From contig MCBE01000217.1 of assembly GCA_001723845.1 (NCBI GenBank), positions 1-60,809 of the forward strand: a DNA stretch of 60,809 bases, given 5' to 3'. This stretch comes from Candidatus Altiarchaeales archaeon WOR_SM1_SCG (GTDB lineage: Archaea > Altiarchaeota > Altiarchaeia > IMC4 > WOR-SM1-SCG). The position numbers and the translations under genes were made by a program. Shown here one piece after another: positions 31,785 to 41,105 of the stretch (positions within the stretch are counted from its first letter, which is position 1; each line of letters starts with the position of its first letter). Below the pieces are notes generated by a model that had not been told where the DNA came from, ran no database searches, and saw nothing but the letters and a program-made list of their open reading frames with translations.

Positions 31785-32819
31785 TCACGGATGCCCCCCA
31801 ACCACCCCCAGCCCCTCTTTCTCCCTAAACCCGCACATCAAATTCATGTTCTGCACCGCCTGCCCTGATGCACCCTTAATCAAATTATCAATCGCAGACA
31901 TCACAAGGATTCTTCTGCCGTGCAAATCAAAATCAATACCAATATCGCAGTAATTCGTGTTCACGACATTCTTCACATAAGGCACATCGGTAAGTCGTAT
32001 AAACGGTTCATCCTTATAAAATTTTTCATAAATTTCAATTAATTTTTCTTTTTCAAAATTATCCTCCTCGTTTACAAAAACATGAATGTTATTTAAAATT
32101 CCTCTTACAATCGGCATTAATGTCGGCGTGAATGAGACCTTTAAGTCAATATTTGAATATCTTTTAAGCGCGCTTTCTATTTCAGGTCTGTGCCTGTGGT
32201 CTGTTGTCTTGTACGGTTTTAAGTTTTCATATACTTCCGAGAAATGGAGAAAATTGCTTAAAGCCGCTCCCGCACCTGATGTTCCTGACTTTGCGTCAAC
32301 CACAATTTTATTTAAATCAAATTTACCTTTAAATTTTTCACTCAAAAGCGGGGCAATTCCAAGAACCGCTGCCGTGACATAGCATCCCGGATTTGCGACA
32401 AGAATTGAATTTTTTATTTTATCCCTGAAAAGTTCAGGCAAGCCGTAAGCTGCTTTATTCAAGAGTTCCGGGCATTTGTGAACGAGTTTATAAACCTTCT
32501 CATAAATTTCTTTTTCAAGCCGGAAGTCGGCACTCATATCAATAACCTTAATCCCCCGCTCAAGCAGCCCGGGGATAATTTCCATTGCTTTACCGTTTGG
32601 CGTGCAGGTGAAAACAACATCCGAATCAATTTCCTTGATTTTCGGGTTTACAAATTTTTCACCGTAAATATTTTTTAAATTCTCATGTACGGAGGAAACC
32701 GGTTTTCCTTTATACACTCTTGATGTGGGAATTATTTTTTCAATTTCATTATGATTCACCAGAAGCCGTAAAAGTTCGCTTCCCGTATAGCCCGATGCCC
32801 CGATAATTGTAACTTTCAT
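31785..32819 (-). CDS. argC: N-acetyl-gamma-glutamyl-phosphate reductase
   Basis: [44 protein letters not shown]. Confidence 0.97.
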   Translation of the reverse strand: MKVTIIGASGYTGSELLRLLVNHNEIEKIIPTSRVYKGKPVSSVHENLKNIYGEKFVNPKIKEIDSDVVFTCTPNGKAMEIIPGLLERGIKVIDMSADFRLEKEIYEKVYKLVHKCPELLNKAAYGLPELFRDKIKNSILVANPGCYVTAAVLGIAPLLSEKFKGKFDLNKIVVDAKSGTSGAGAALSNFLHFSEVYENLKPYKTTDHRHRPEIESALKRYSNIDLKVSFTPTLMPIVRGILNNIHVFVNEEDNFEKEKLIEIYEKFYKDEPFIRLTDVPYVKNVVNTNYCDIGIDFDLHGRRILVMSAIDNLIKGASGQAVQNMNLMCGFREKEGLGVVGGHP

Positions 32820-32830
32820 TTTTAATTATA

Positions 32831-33154
32831 TCAATCATCTTTTTTAAAGCCGTAAGCAATTCCGATTCGTTTTGCATAAACCGCTGTTCTTGTTATTATC
32901 ATGAAAAATATCGCGATAAATACGCCGTTTAGAATCCTGTAAAGTTCAACATCCAGTTCAATTATCCCGACAGACACGCAAAAAGTCCATACCGCATAAG
33001 AAAAGGCATATCCTGCAATTGCGAATACATGCATAAAAAGCGTCCTTATAAGACCTTCGGTAAGATTTTTTATCCCCTGGTATATCCAGATTAAAGATAA
33101 AAGCCCCATACCTGCTATGATATAAATTACGATGTAGTATATTGTGTCTATCAT
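32831..33154 (-). CDS. Small membrane protein
   Basis: Three hydrophobic segments. Confidence 0.7.
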   Translation of the reverse strand: MIDTIYYIVIYIIAGMGLLSLIWIYQGIKNLTEGLIRTLFMHVFAIAGYAFSYAVWTFCVSVGIIELDVELYRILNGVFIAIFFMIITRTAVYAKRIGIAYGFKKDD

Positions 33155-33155
33155 T

Positions 33156-33734
33156 TTATTCTACTATTATAATTTTATCGCAGAATTGTGCAAGGAATGG
33201 AATAATTTTTTCCTCTGTTCCTGCGTTTAATGACATTAAAATTCCTTTTAAATTACTGATTCGCATTCTTATTGTTAAGAAATGCTGGAATTTTTTGGCG
33301 GTTCCCGAGGAATTGTAAATATATAATGCGGATACCGAGTCAACAAATAAAAATCCCTTCTTGTTTTTTGATGCCCGGATGGACTCATCTATCGCAACAC
33401 CCAGGTCGCTTATTTCCTTCGGCGAGGGAATAAATAAACAATTTTTTGTTCGCTCATGATTGCCCTTTTTTGTTTTTGTCACAAGGTCAATAAAAAACAA
33501 CTTACCCGTATCTACGCCTGCATCGTGCAGTGCATTTGAAATCAAATCAAAGGGTTTATCAAAAGTGATATAAAGACCTGAATTTTTCTCTTCATTACAT
33601 AATAATTTTAAAATTTTAATGTTCGTGCTTTCATACCTGTCTTCCGGCGAGACGATTAAAACTATAAAGTCATCAGGAAGGTCTTTCAGGTGCTTCCCTA
33701 AATCCGCTAAATTAATTTTATCTTTACAACCCAT
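33156..33734 (-). CDS. KaiC/RecA-like ATPase-fold protein lacking Walker A
   Basis: GLYITF, FFIDLVT, LFVDSVSAL. Confidence 0.7.
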   Translation of the reverse strand: MGCKDKINLADLGKHLKDLPDDFIVLIVSPEDRYESTNIKILKLLCNEEKNSGLYITFDKPFDLISNALHDAGVDTGKLFFIDLVTKTKKGNHERTKNCLFIPSPKEISDLGVAIDESIRASKNKKGFLFVDSVSALYIYNSSGTAKKFQHFLTIRMRISNLKGILMSLNAGTEEKIIPFLAQFCDKIIIVE

Positions 33735-33798
33735 CTTATAATTATAATTATTTAGGTTTTAATATTGTTATATTGCAGTGAAAAATTAAATATAATTT

Positions 33799-34440
33799 TT
33801 ATTGAACACTTATGGTTTTATCGCAGAATTGTGCAAGGAACGAAACGATTTCTTTTTCCGTTTCCCCGGGCAGTGACATTAAAATTCCTTTTAAATTACC
33901 GATCCGCATTCTTATTGTTAAGAAATGCTGGAATTTTTTGGCGGTTCCCGCGGAATTGTAGAAGTATAATGCGGATACTGAGTCAACAAATAAAAATTTT
34001 TTATTATTCATTGAAGCATGAATGGACTCATCTATCGCAATACCCAGGTCGCTTATTTCCTTCGGCGAGGGAATAAACAAACAATTTTCTGTTCGCTCGT
34101 AGCTGCCTTTTTTTGTTTTTGTCACAAGGTCAATAAAAAACAACTTACTCGTATCTACGCCTGCATCGTGCAGTGTCTTTGAAACCAGATCATAGGGTTT
34201 ATCAAAAGTGATATAAAGACCCGGACTTTTCTCCTCATTGCATAATAATTTTAAAATTTCAATGTTCGTGCTTTCATATTTATCTTCCGGCGAGACAATT
34301 AAAACTATAAAATTATCCGGGATATTTTTTAAATGTTTTCCTAACTCCGAAAGATTAATTTTATCATCATGTATCATCTTATTAATATATGGTAATATTA
34401 TTAAATTTAGAATTATTGGAATATATAAACAATTTAACAA
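33799..34440 (-). CDS. Tandem paralog of 33156-33734 (true start probably at MIHDDK)
   Basis: Highly similar over the full length. Confidence 0.75.
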   Translation of the reverse strand: MLNCLYIPIILNLIILPYINKMIHDDKINLSELGKHLKNIPDNFIVLIVSPEDKYESTNIEILKLLCNEEKSPGLYITFDKPYDLVSKTLHDAGVDTSKLFFIDLVTKTKKGSYERTENCLFIPSPKEISDLGIAIDESIHASMNNKKFLFVDSVSALYFYNSAGTAKKFQHFLTIRMRIGNLKGILMSLPGETEKEIVSFLAQFCDKTISVQ

Positions 34441-34526
34441 TTTTATTTCTTAATAAATAATTGAATAATTTGTGATCGCTTAATCTTGTGATAAGGATTC
34501 GTTGTTTAAATACTGTTTTAGGGCAC

Positions 34527-34605
34527 ACAACAAAAAAACCACAGGATTAAGACGCTCCCCCGGTAAGCACCGCAGCAGAAGATGTATTGAACCAGGAGTT
34601 CTAAA
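34527..34605 (-). pseudogene. Decayed fragment of the channel gene (35614-35691)
   Basis: ~80% nucleotide match by eye, one indel. Confidence 0.7.
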
Positions 34606-34651
34606 TCAAACTTGATAAATTTGAATATCAATTAAATTTAATAGTTAATTT

Positions 34652-35368
34652 ATGTGCTTAAAAATTAAAAAACAAATTATTGCAGCCGGGATTATCTCCG
34701 CTCTTGTAATCTTTTCAGGTTGTATTTCCGATGATTCAAAAAAACTGCAAGACACCGAATTTGAACCTGCAAAAAAAGATAATCTGACAGGGTATGTGAA
34801 TGTAAGTAACACAAACACGGAGATTGAACCAATTCCCGGTAAAGAAGAAAATTTTACGGGTGAGAATGACACCTTGTTTACAGACGAAGAGAATCTTTCG
34901 GAAAGCCAGCCCGCATCAAAACAAAAACCCTACGGCGAAGATGCAATTTATATCAATTACGACCCTGTTATAATATACGGCTCCTTGCCCGGATCACGGG
35001 AGATTGAATATATAAAAGAAGATAAAGTCATATTCAAATTTTTATATTCCGAAAGATGCCCTGTTTGTAAAAGCGCGCTTCCTTCTGTCCCGGAAATAAA
35101 AGAAGAATTCGGCGAGCGAGTTATCGTTGAAGAGATAGACATTTACAGCAAAGACGCAGAAATCTGGAGGAACGGTGCTAAAGAATATATTGATGCCGAG
35201 AGATTCCCGTTCACGCTGTCAATCGGGATGAACAGTTTGATTGATGATGAGGTAGAATTGTATTTAGTTTCATACACGCAAGGATTTAACGCAGGAACTT
35301 ACGAGCATTGGAAGAGAAACATCTGCGGGCAATTCCGGGATAAACCGGGGAATTGTGAAGGATTATAA
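34652..35368 (+). CDS. Thioredoxin-fold lipoprotein
   Basis: Lipobox FSGC; YSERCPVC. Confidence 0.75.
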   Translation: MCLKIKKQIIAAGIISALVIFSGCISDDSKKLQDTEFEPAKKDNLTGYVNVSNTNTEIEPIPGKEENFTGENDTLFTDEENLSESQPASKQKPYGEDAIYINYDPVIIYGSLPGSREIEYIKEDKVIFKFLYSERCPVCKSALPSVPEIKEEFGERVIVEEIDIYSKDAEIWRNGAKEYIDAERFPFTLSIGMNSLIDDEVELYLVSYTQGFNAGTYEHWKRNICGQFRDKPGNCEGL

Positions 35369-35390
35369 AAATTAAAATTCAAGAACAAAA

Positions 35391-36419
35391 TTACCTCATA
35401 TATTTCCTTGCAAATATAGCAATGAACGCCGCCCACATGAAAGTTCCGAAGACGGCTTCAGAGGCAGCTAATAATTGATAAATTCCCTTGACTGGTTCGT
35501 AATCGCCGTATCCAAGTGTGGTGATTGTGACAATGCTGAAATAAACACATTCTTGAAAGGAAGACGCACCCACGACGGCATTTCCCTGCCAGTAGAGAAA
35601 AGCACAACCGAATACAACAGAAAACCATAAGATTAAGACGCCCCACCAGTAAGTGCCGTAGCCAAATATGTATTGAACCGGGAGTTCTAAAGTTCTTATG
35701 ATTGTGTTCTTTTGTTTTCTTTTTGCTTCCATTTCACGGTAGAAATAGTAATCTGCTTCTTCTTGGTCCCTTAATTTTTCACAGATTATTTTTGCTTTTC
35801 TGCACGCTTCTTCTTGAGTTTTTGGAATTTTGAACTTTGTGTCTTTAAAAATCAATTTTCCTTTTATTTTGAGCCCTTCAAAAGAAGCATATTCTTTTAT
35901 ACTGGCTCTTTCAAACCAAGCATCTCCCCTGATATTTATTCCTTTAAACCAAGCACACCCCTTTATATTGGTTTCTTCAAACGAAATACCCCCACCGATA
36001 TTAGCTCTTTCAAACGAAATACCCCCTCCGAGATTAGCCCCTTTAAACCAACTAAATCCCCCGATATTAGCTCTTTCAAACGAAGCTTTTCCACTAATAT
36101 TGGCTCTTTCAAACCAAACTCCTCTACTTATATTCGTTCCCCTAAATAAAGCATTTTTTCTAATATCTGCATATTGAAAATTCAAATCACCTTCAATTTC
36201 CATCCCGGAAAAATCAACTTCAAATAATCTCGCCCCATCAAAATTAAAATCCTTGTCCTTTACTTTCTTTTTAACTTTCTCCTCTTTCAACTCATTTATC
36301 CTCTTGAATTCCTCGCTTCCTTCAGCTTCCGGCAGTTCAATATGAAGTATGCAGTATTTTGACTTTTCAAACGCCTCTTCCTCGCATTTTCTCCCGTTTC
36401 TAAATTTATACTCGCACAT
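35391..36419 (-). CDS. Pentapeptide-repeat + 2TM potassium-channel domain protein
   Basis: FERANI repeats; YFSIVTITTLGYGD. Confidence 0.85.
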   Translation of the reverse strand: MCEYKFRNGRKCEEEAFEKSKYCILHIELPEAEGSEEFKRINELKEEKVKKKVKDKDFNFDGARLFEVDFSGMEIEGDLNFQYADIRKNALFRGTNISRGVWFERANISGKASFERANIGGFSWFKGANLGGGISFERANIGGGISFEETNIKGCAWFKGINIRGDAWFERASIKEYASFEGLKIKGKLIFKDTKFKIPKTQEEACRKAKIICEKLRDQEEADYYFYREMEAKRKQKNTIIRTLELPVQYIFGYGTYWWGVLILWFSVVFGCAFLYWQGNAVVGASSFQECVYFSIVTITTLGYGDYEPVKGIYQLLAASEAVFGTFMWAAFIAIFARKYMR

Positions 36420-36492
36420 ATTACCTGAATGAATTGAATTATAATTTTAATTAAAATCGCATTCAAAAAAAGAATTCATAAACATTCAGTAA

Positions 36493-36831
36493 TTACTTCA
36501 CTCTCCTTGCCATAAAAGTAGAATCATCCCCCAGGTGGAGTCGGATTTCACCCTCTAACAAATCCTTGTCTTTCTCATTTATTTTAACCCAGCCGCTGCC
36601 GCTTGCAGGGTCGCATTCATCATTCCCATCCCATGTAAATTCAAACCTTTTCCCGTCGGCGTAATCAACAACTTTCCCGTCTATGCCGCCTGAAACCAAA
36701 CCGAACTGGAATTTTCCAATGCCGTCTGGTTTTATCCGGATGTATGCCTGAACTTCCATGTTAAAATAGTCCTCATCCCACATTTCCATTTCATAGATAT
36801 GCCAGGTTCCTGTAAATTCATTTTTATCCAT
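36493..36831 (-). CDS. Hypothetical protein
   Basis: Open frame, beta-rich (FTWDGNDECD..SGSGW). Confidence 0.7.
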   Translation of the reverse strand: MDKNEFTGTWHIYEMEMWDEDYFNMEVQAYIRIKPDGIGKFQFGLVSGGIDGKVVDYADGKRFEFTWDGNDECDPASGSGWVKINEKDKDLLEGEIRLHLGDDSTFMARRVK

Positions 36832-36835
36832 CTTT

Positions 36836-37240
36836 TTAATAACTCCAATTTTGTAGTTTCAATCCTTCAATTCGTTTAAAGTGTTTCTCATTGCCGGTCA
36901 CCAGAACAAGATCGTTAGCCAACGCAATGCCTGCTATAAGTATGTCAATATCATCTATTAATTCTCCTTGCTTTCGCAGGTTATTGTAAATATCGGCGGA
37001 GATTGTAACTGATTGGGTTGTTAAAGGCAAAATGCTATTGTAGCCGGCAAATTTTAAAAAAGAGCCAATCTGCTTACGAGCATCTCTGTACTTTAAACCG
37101 CTTACAATCTCGTAATAAGTGATAATGCTAAAATTGAGAGTTTCATACTCTTTGAGATATTCTTTAAACCTGGCTACTACGCCTGGATGTTCCTTGAAAA
37201 ATAGTGATAAAATGTCTGTATCAACCAATACTTGTTTCAT
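36836..37240 (-). CDS. vapC: VapC PIN toxin
   Basis: LVDTDIL, YYEI, DILIAG, VTGNEKHF. Confidence 0.9.
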   Translation of the reverse strand: MKQVLVDTDILSLFFKEHPGVVARFKEYLKEYETLNFSIITYYEIVSGLKYRDARKQIGSFLKFAGYNSILPLTTQSVTISADIYNNLRKQGELIDDIDILIAGIALANDLVLVTGNEKHFKRIEGLKLQNWSY

Positions 37241-37482
37241 CTTTTCCTGTCTAAAAATGCTTGTCTGCGGCGGCTTTTTACATCTTCGGTAAAACTATTG
37301 AATTTTTCATCCGGCATATCTTTCCAGCAGCCTGCAAATGATAGTATTTCAGTATCGTCTGCTCTTGATCTCATTAACCCTACTCTGAAAAAATGGAGGA
37401 TATCATAGACCTCCGGCAATTTCTCTGAAGGAATGAGGTCAACTTCATTTATAATCCTTTCTTGTAATATGTGTTTTTCCAT
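37237..37482 (-). CDS. Antitoxin partner of VapC
   Basis: MEKHIL...FAGCWKDM; 4-bp overlap with vapC. Confidence 0.75.
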   Translation of the reverse strand: MEKHILQERIINEVDLIPSEKLPEVYDILHFFRVGLMRSRADDTEILSFAGCWKDMPDEKFNSFTEDVKSRRRQAFLDRKR

Positions 37483-37747
37483 TTTAAACCATCTAAATTT
37501 ACAAAGCACATCTCGCTCGCAGATTACGGGCACCTCAAAGTATAGTGATTTTATTAACGATGAGGGAGATGTGCGTTTTTTCCTCACCGACCCCGGCAAT
37601 TTGCCTCTGGGCAGGGTCCAGCCCTTCTATCACAGGGAAAATAAATTAAAATTTAATTATTTATAATACCCTGTTAATAATAATTATTTAAATTTCAAAA
37701 ATAAATTGTTTTTTAATTTTTTAACCACCCGAAAGAATTTAAACAAT

Positions 37748-38305
37748 CTACATTTCACTTACATCCCCGTAATCGGATGCAGTCCTTCTGCTCTCTTTTG
37801 AACCGCAGTTTTTGCATTCCAGTAAATTTAAATTTTCACCGGATTTTATCAGGGGGTGCCTGCATTTCTTACAAAATGCCTTAACCACGCCAAAATTTCC
37901 CTTGGTTGTTAAATCAACCATTCCAGGTATGATTTTAATAACCTTTGCCTTTACAATATCGCCGATACCGAAGTTATCTCCTGCATTTTCCACATACTCA
38001 TCGGCAATATTTGAAATATGAATACCTGTCTTAACATCAATCTTTCTTGAACTGCCCATAATTTTTTTAACAATTATCTGCACAACGCTTTCTCTTACAG
38101 TAAAAACTTCTCCAAAGACAACATCACCGACAGAAATATCGTCCTGTGATTTTCCCAGAACTTTTGCAACATGTTCCTTGCTGTCTAAAATTTTTTCACC
38201 CGAAATTGATGCATAAATTTTCCCCTCATCCGTGTAAGTTCCCTTCCCCGGGAGAAATTCTTCTGTTGTTCCTAAATAATCCCCTACTAATTTAATATCC
38301 TTCAT
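37748..38305 (-). CDS. csl4: Exosome RNA-binding protein Csl4
   Basis: EEFLPGKGTY, S1 domain, CKKC..CKNC..ESRR. Confidence 0.92.
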   Translation of the reverse strand: MKDIKLVGDYLGTTEEFLPGKGTYTDEGKIYASISGEKILDSKEHVAKVLGKSQDDISVGDVVFGEVFTVRESVVQIIVKKIMGSSRKIDVKTGIHISNIADEYVENAGDNFGIGDIVKAKVIKIIPGMVDLTTKGNFGVVKAFCKKCRHPLIKSGENLNLLECKNCGSKESRRTASDYGDVSEM

Positions 38306-38394
38306 TTTTTCATTTATATAAATTATACTGATAAAAATCTTTTTTTAATTACTAACTCTTACAGTTCGCAAAAGCAATAAAATAATTATTTAAA

Positions 38395-39663
38395 TTATTT
38401 TTTCGGTGTCACGCTGAGCGTCATCCCTGCTGCAACCGTCTGACCCATATCCCTGATTGCGAATCTTCCAAGCTGCGGGAATTCCTTTGCCGCTTCAATA
38501 CATAATGGTTTCGTGGGCTTTATTTTTACAATCGCAACATCGCCTGTTTTCAGGAACTGGGGATTTTCTTCCTTAACCTGCCCTGTTTTCGGGTCCATCT
38601 TTTTCTGCAGCTCAATAAATGTGCATGCAACCTGAGCTGTATGAAGATGAAACACCGGCGTATAGCCGACAGTTAGAGCGCTTGGGTGCTGCAATACAAC
38701 AATCTGTGCTGTGAACTCTTCGGCAACCGTCGGGGGATTGTCAACAGGACCTAAAACATCTCCTCTTTTTACATCTTTTTTCCCGAGTCCCCTGACATTG
38801 AATCCGACATTGTCTCCCGGCTCTGCTCTTGGCAGCTGCTCATGGTGCATCTCTATTGTTTTAACTTCGCCTGTTGCTCCGCCGGGCATGACAATTACCT
38901 TCTGTCCCGGAGTCATGACCCCTGTTTCAACTCTCCCGACAGGAACGGTTCCGATTCCTGTTATCGTGTAAGCATCCTGGATAGGAAGCCGTAATGGTTT
39001 ATCTGTCGGCTTTGGAGGCGCAACAAAATTATCCAGTGCGTCAAGGAATGTCTTTCCTTTATACCATGGTGTGTTTTCACTCTTTTTTGTAACATTATCG
39101 CCCACAAATGCAGAAATCGGGATGAAAGGAATTTCATCTACCTTATAACCGATTGGCTTTACTAATTTTATAAGTTCTTCTTTAACTTCATTATACCTGT
39201 CCTCGCTGTATTTCGCAGCATCCATCTTGTTTATTGCAAATATGAACTGGCTTATCCCAAGTGTCCTTGCAAGGAATGCGTGCTCCTTTGTCTGGGGCAT
39301 AACGCCTTCGGGGGCTGCAACAACGATAACGGCTGCATCCGCCTGGCTTGTACCTGTGATCATGTTTTTAACAAAGTCCCTGTGACCCGGTGCGTCAATA
39401 ATTGTAAAATAATTTTTATTTGTCTGGAATTTTTTATGCGCGATATCAATTGTCACACCCCTTGCCCTTTCCTCCTTCAAGGAATCCATAACCCATGCAA
39501 ATTCAAAACTGCCCTTTCCGATTTTTGCTGCTTCGTCTCTGTACTTCTTCATGGTCTGCTCCGTAACTTCCCCTAATTCATATAACATTCGTCCTACCAG
39601 CGTGGACTTCCCTGCATCTACGTGTCCTATAAACACCATATTGATGTGTGGTTTTTCTGCCAT
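38395..39663 (-). CDS. tuf: Translation elongation factor aEF-1alpha
   Basis: [36 protein letters not shown]. Confidence 0.98.
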   Translation of the reverse strand: MAEKPHINMVFIGHVDAGKSTLVGRMLYELGEVTEQTMKKYRDEAAKIGKGSFEFAWVMDSLKEERARGVTIDIAHKKFQTNKNYFTIIDAPGHRDFVKNMITGTSQADAAVIVVAAPEGVMPQTKEHAFLARTLGISQFIFAINKMDAAKYSEDRYNEVKEELIKLVKPIGYKVDEIPFIPISAFVGDNVTKKSENTPWYKGKTFLDALDNFVAPPKPTDKPLRLPIQDAYTITGIGTVPVGRVETGVMTPGQKVIVMPGGATGEVKTIEMHHEQLPRAEPGDNVGFNVRGLGKKDVKRGDVLGPVDNPPTVAEEFTAQIVVLQHPSALTVGYTPVFHLHTAQVACTFIELQKKMDPKTGQVKEENPQFLKTGDVAIVKIKPTKPLCIEAAKEFPQLGRFAIRDMGQTVAAGMTLSVTPKK

Positions 39664-39800
39664 TTTTCTTATTTTTTCTTATTTGATTTTTATTAATTAA
39701 ATTTACTTAAAATTTAAATTATTTTGTTTATCTTTATTTGTTTATCTTTGTTTTTATATATTAGAAATATTTAAATAAAAATTAAATTGAAAATTAAATC

Positions 39801-40484
39801 ATGATTCTGACAGAGCAAAAACCATTCCCGGAAATTCTTGAAATGCTAAAGGATGCGGGAAAAATCGCGATAATAGGATGCGGCGGCTGTGCAACGATAG
39901 TGCGAACGGGAGGCGAGCGGCAGGTTGAGGAGATGGCAAAAAAACTTAAAGGTTTTAAAAAGGAAATTAAATATAAATTTGTTGTTGATGCGGGGGTATG
40001 TTATACAACGGAATCAAAAAAAATCGTTGCAAAAGTCGCGGATGTTGATGCCGTGCTTGTCCTTTCATGCGGTTCGGGGGTGCAGGCAGTTTCGGAAATA
40101 ATTTCAGGATTAAATTTAAATTTTACCGCGCTCCCCGGTCTGGATTCAAAGCATGAGGGAATAGGTCCCATAAAGGGAGTTATCTATGAAAAATGCACCG
40201 GCTGCGGGGAATGCGTGCTGCACCTGACCGGTGGTTTATGCCCCGTTACATTATGCCCTAAAAACAAGATAGGCACCTGCGGGGATGAAGTCGGGGGGAA
40301 ATGCCAGGCAGTTCCTGGGAAGAAAGATTGTGTCTGGACATTAATTTATAAAAAATTAAAAGAGATTGACAGGGTTGAATTGATGGATAAATTGTATGCT
40401 ACGGAAGGAAAAGATTGGTCAAAAGAAAGATTGAGGGAGATTGATTTGATGGAAAAGCAAAAGAAGAGGATTAGGAAAAATTGA
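39801..40484 (+). CDS. Methylene-THF reductase C-terminal-like (MetV-type) Fe-S/Zn protein
   Basis: GCGGCAT, SCGSGVQ, CTGCGECVL..TGGLCPVTLCPK. Confidence 0.8.
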   Translation: MILTEQKPFPEILEMLKDAGKIAIIGCGGCATIVRTGGERQVEEMAKKLKGFKKEIKYKFVVDAGVCYTTESKKIVAKVADVDAVLVLSCGSGVQAVSEIISGLNLNFTALPGLDSKHEGIGPIKGVIYEKCTGCGECVLHLTGGLCPVTLCPKNKIGTCGDEVGGKCQAVPGKKDCVWTLIYKKLKEIDRVELMDKLYATEGKDWSKERLREIDLMEKQKKRIRKN

Positions 40485-40876
40485 ATTATAATTATAGTAC
40501 ACGACACAATTAGTTAGAACTAAAATTAATAATTAATACCTGCACGGTTGAATAAATCCGCCAGTGTTTATTATTAAGATAAAATTTAAAATTAATTGAT
40601 GTTGAAATTATATTTATTGATTGAAATTTAAATTATCAATAAGGATATAAGAAATGGGTTAATTTAAAGATGGGTGTGGGGGAACTTAGGGTTTTGATAT
40701 AACCTTGTTATACGAAATTGCTAATTGAAAAATGTAGATACCTAAATACAAAAAATAAATTCAATACATATTTTATTAATTTTAAAATCTAAAATAATAA
40801 GGGATAACGAGATTATAACAATATTTAAAGATTAAAAACAAAAATAATAATATAACTGTGTTAATTATCCTTTAAA

Positions 40877-41095
40877 ATGGTAAATGTTATACATTGCCCC
40901 CATTGTGGAGTTGAACTTGGATTGAATGCCAATAACGACAATTTTTTTAACGGTGAGAAAAGAATAACTCTGATGTGCCCAAAGCCAAAATGTAAAAGTG
41001 TATTTTCTACGGATGGAACAGATGAGGGTACAAAATTTGTCAGATTACGACAACGACATTGTGATCCCATGAGAGCACTGGCTTTGCATTATTAA
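40877..41095 (+). CDS. Small zinc-ribbon protein
   Basis: CPHC...CPKPKC. Confidence 0.6.
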   Translation: MVNVIHCPHCGVELGLNANNDNFFNGEKRITLMCPKPKCKSVFSTDGTDEGTKFVRLRQRHCDPMRALALHY

Positions 41096-41105
41096 AACTA
41101 CTAAA

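Noticed and set aside
11061-35691. Gene-end duplicates as DGR template/variable repeats
   Set aside because: Differences are not adenine-specific and are mostly synonymous; targets are housekeeping genes; no reverse transcriptase in the window.
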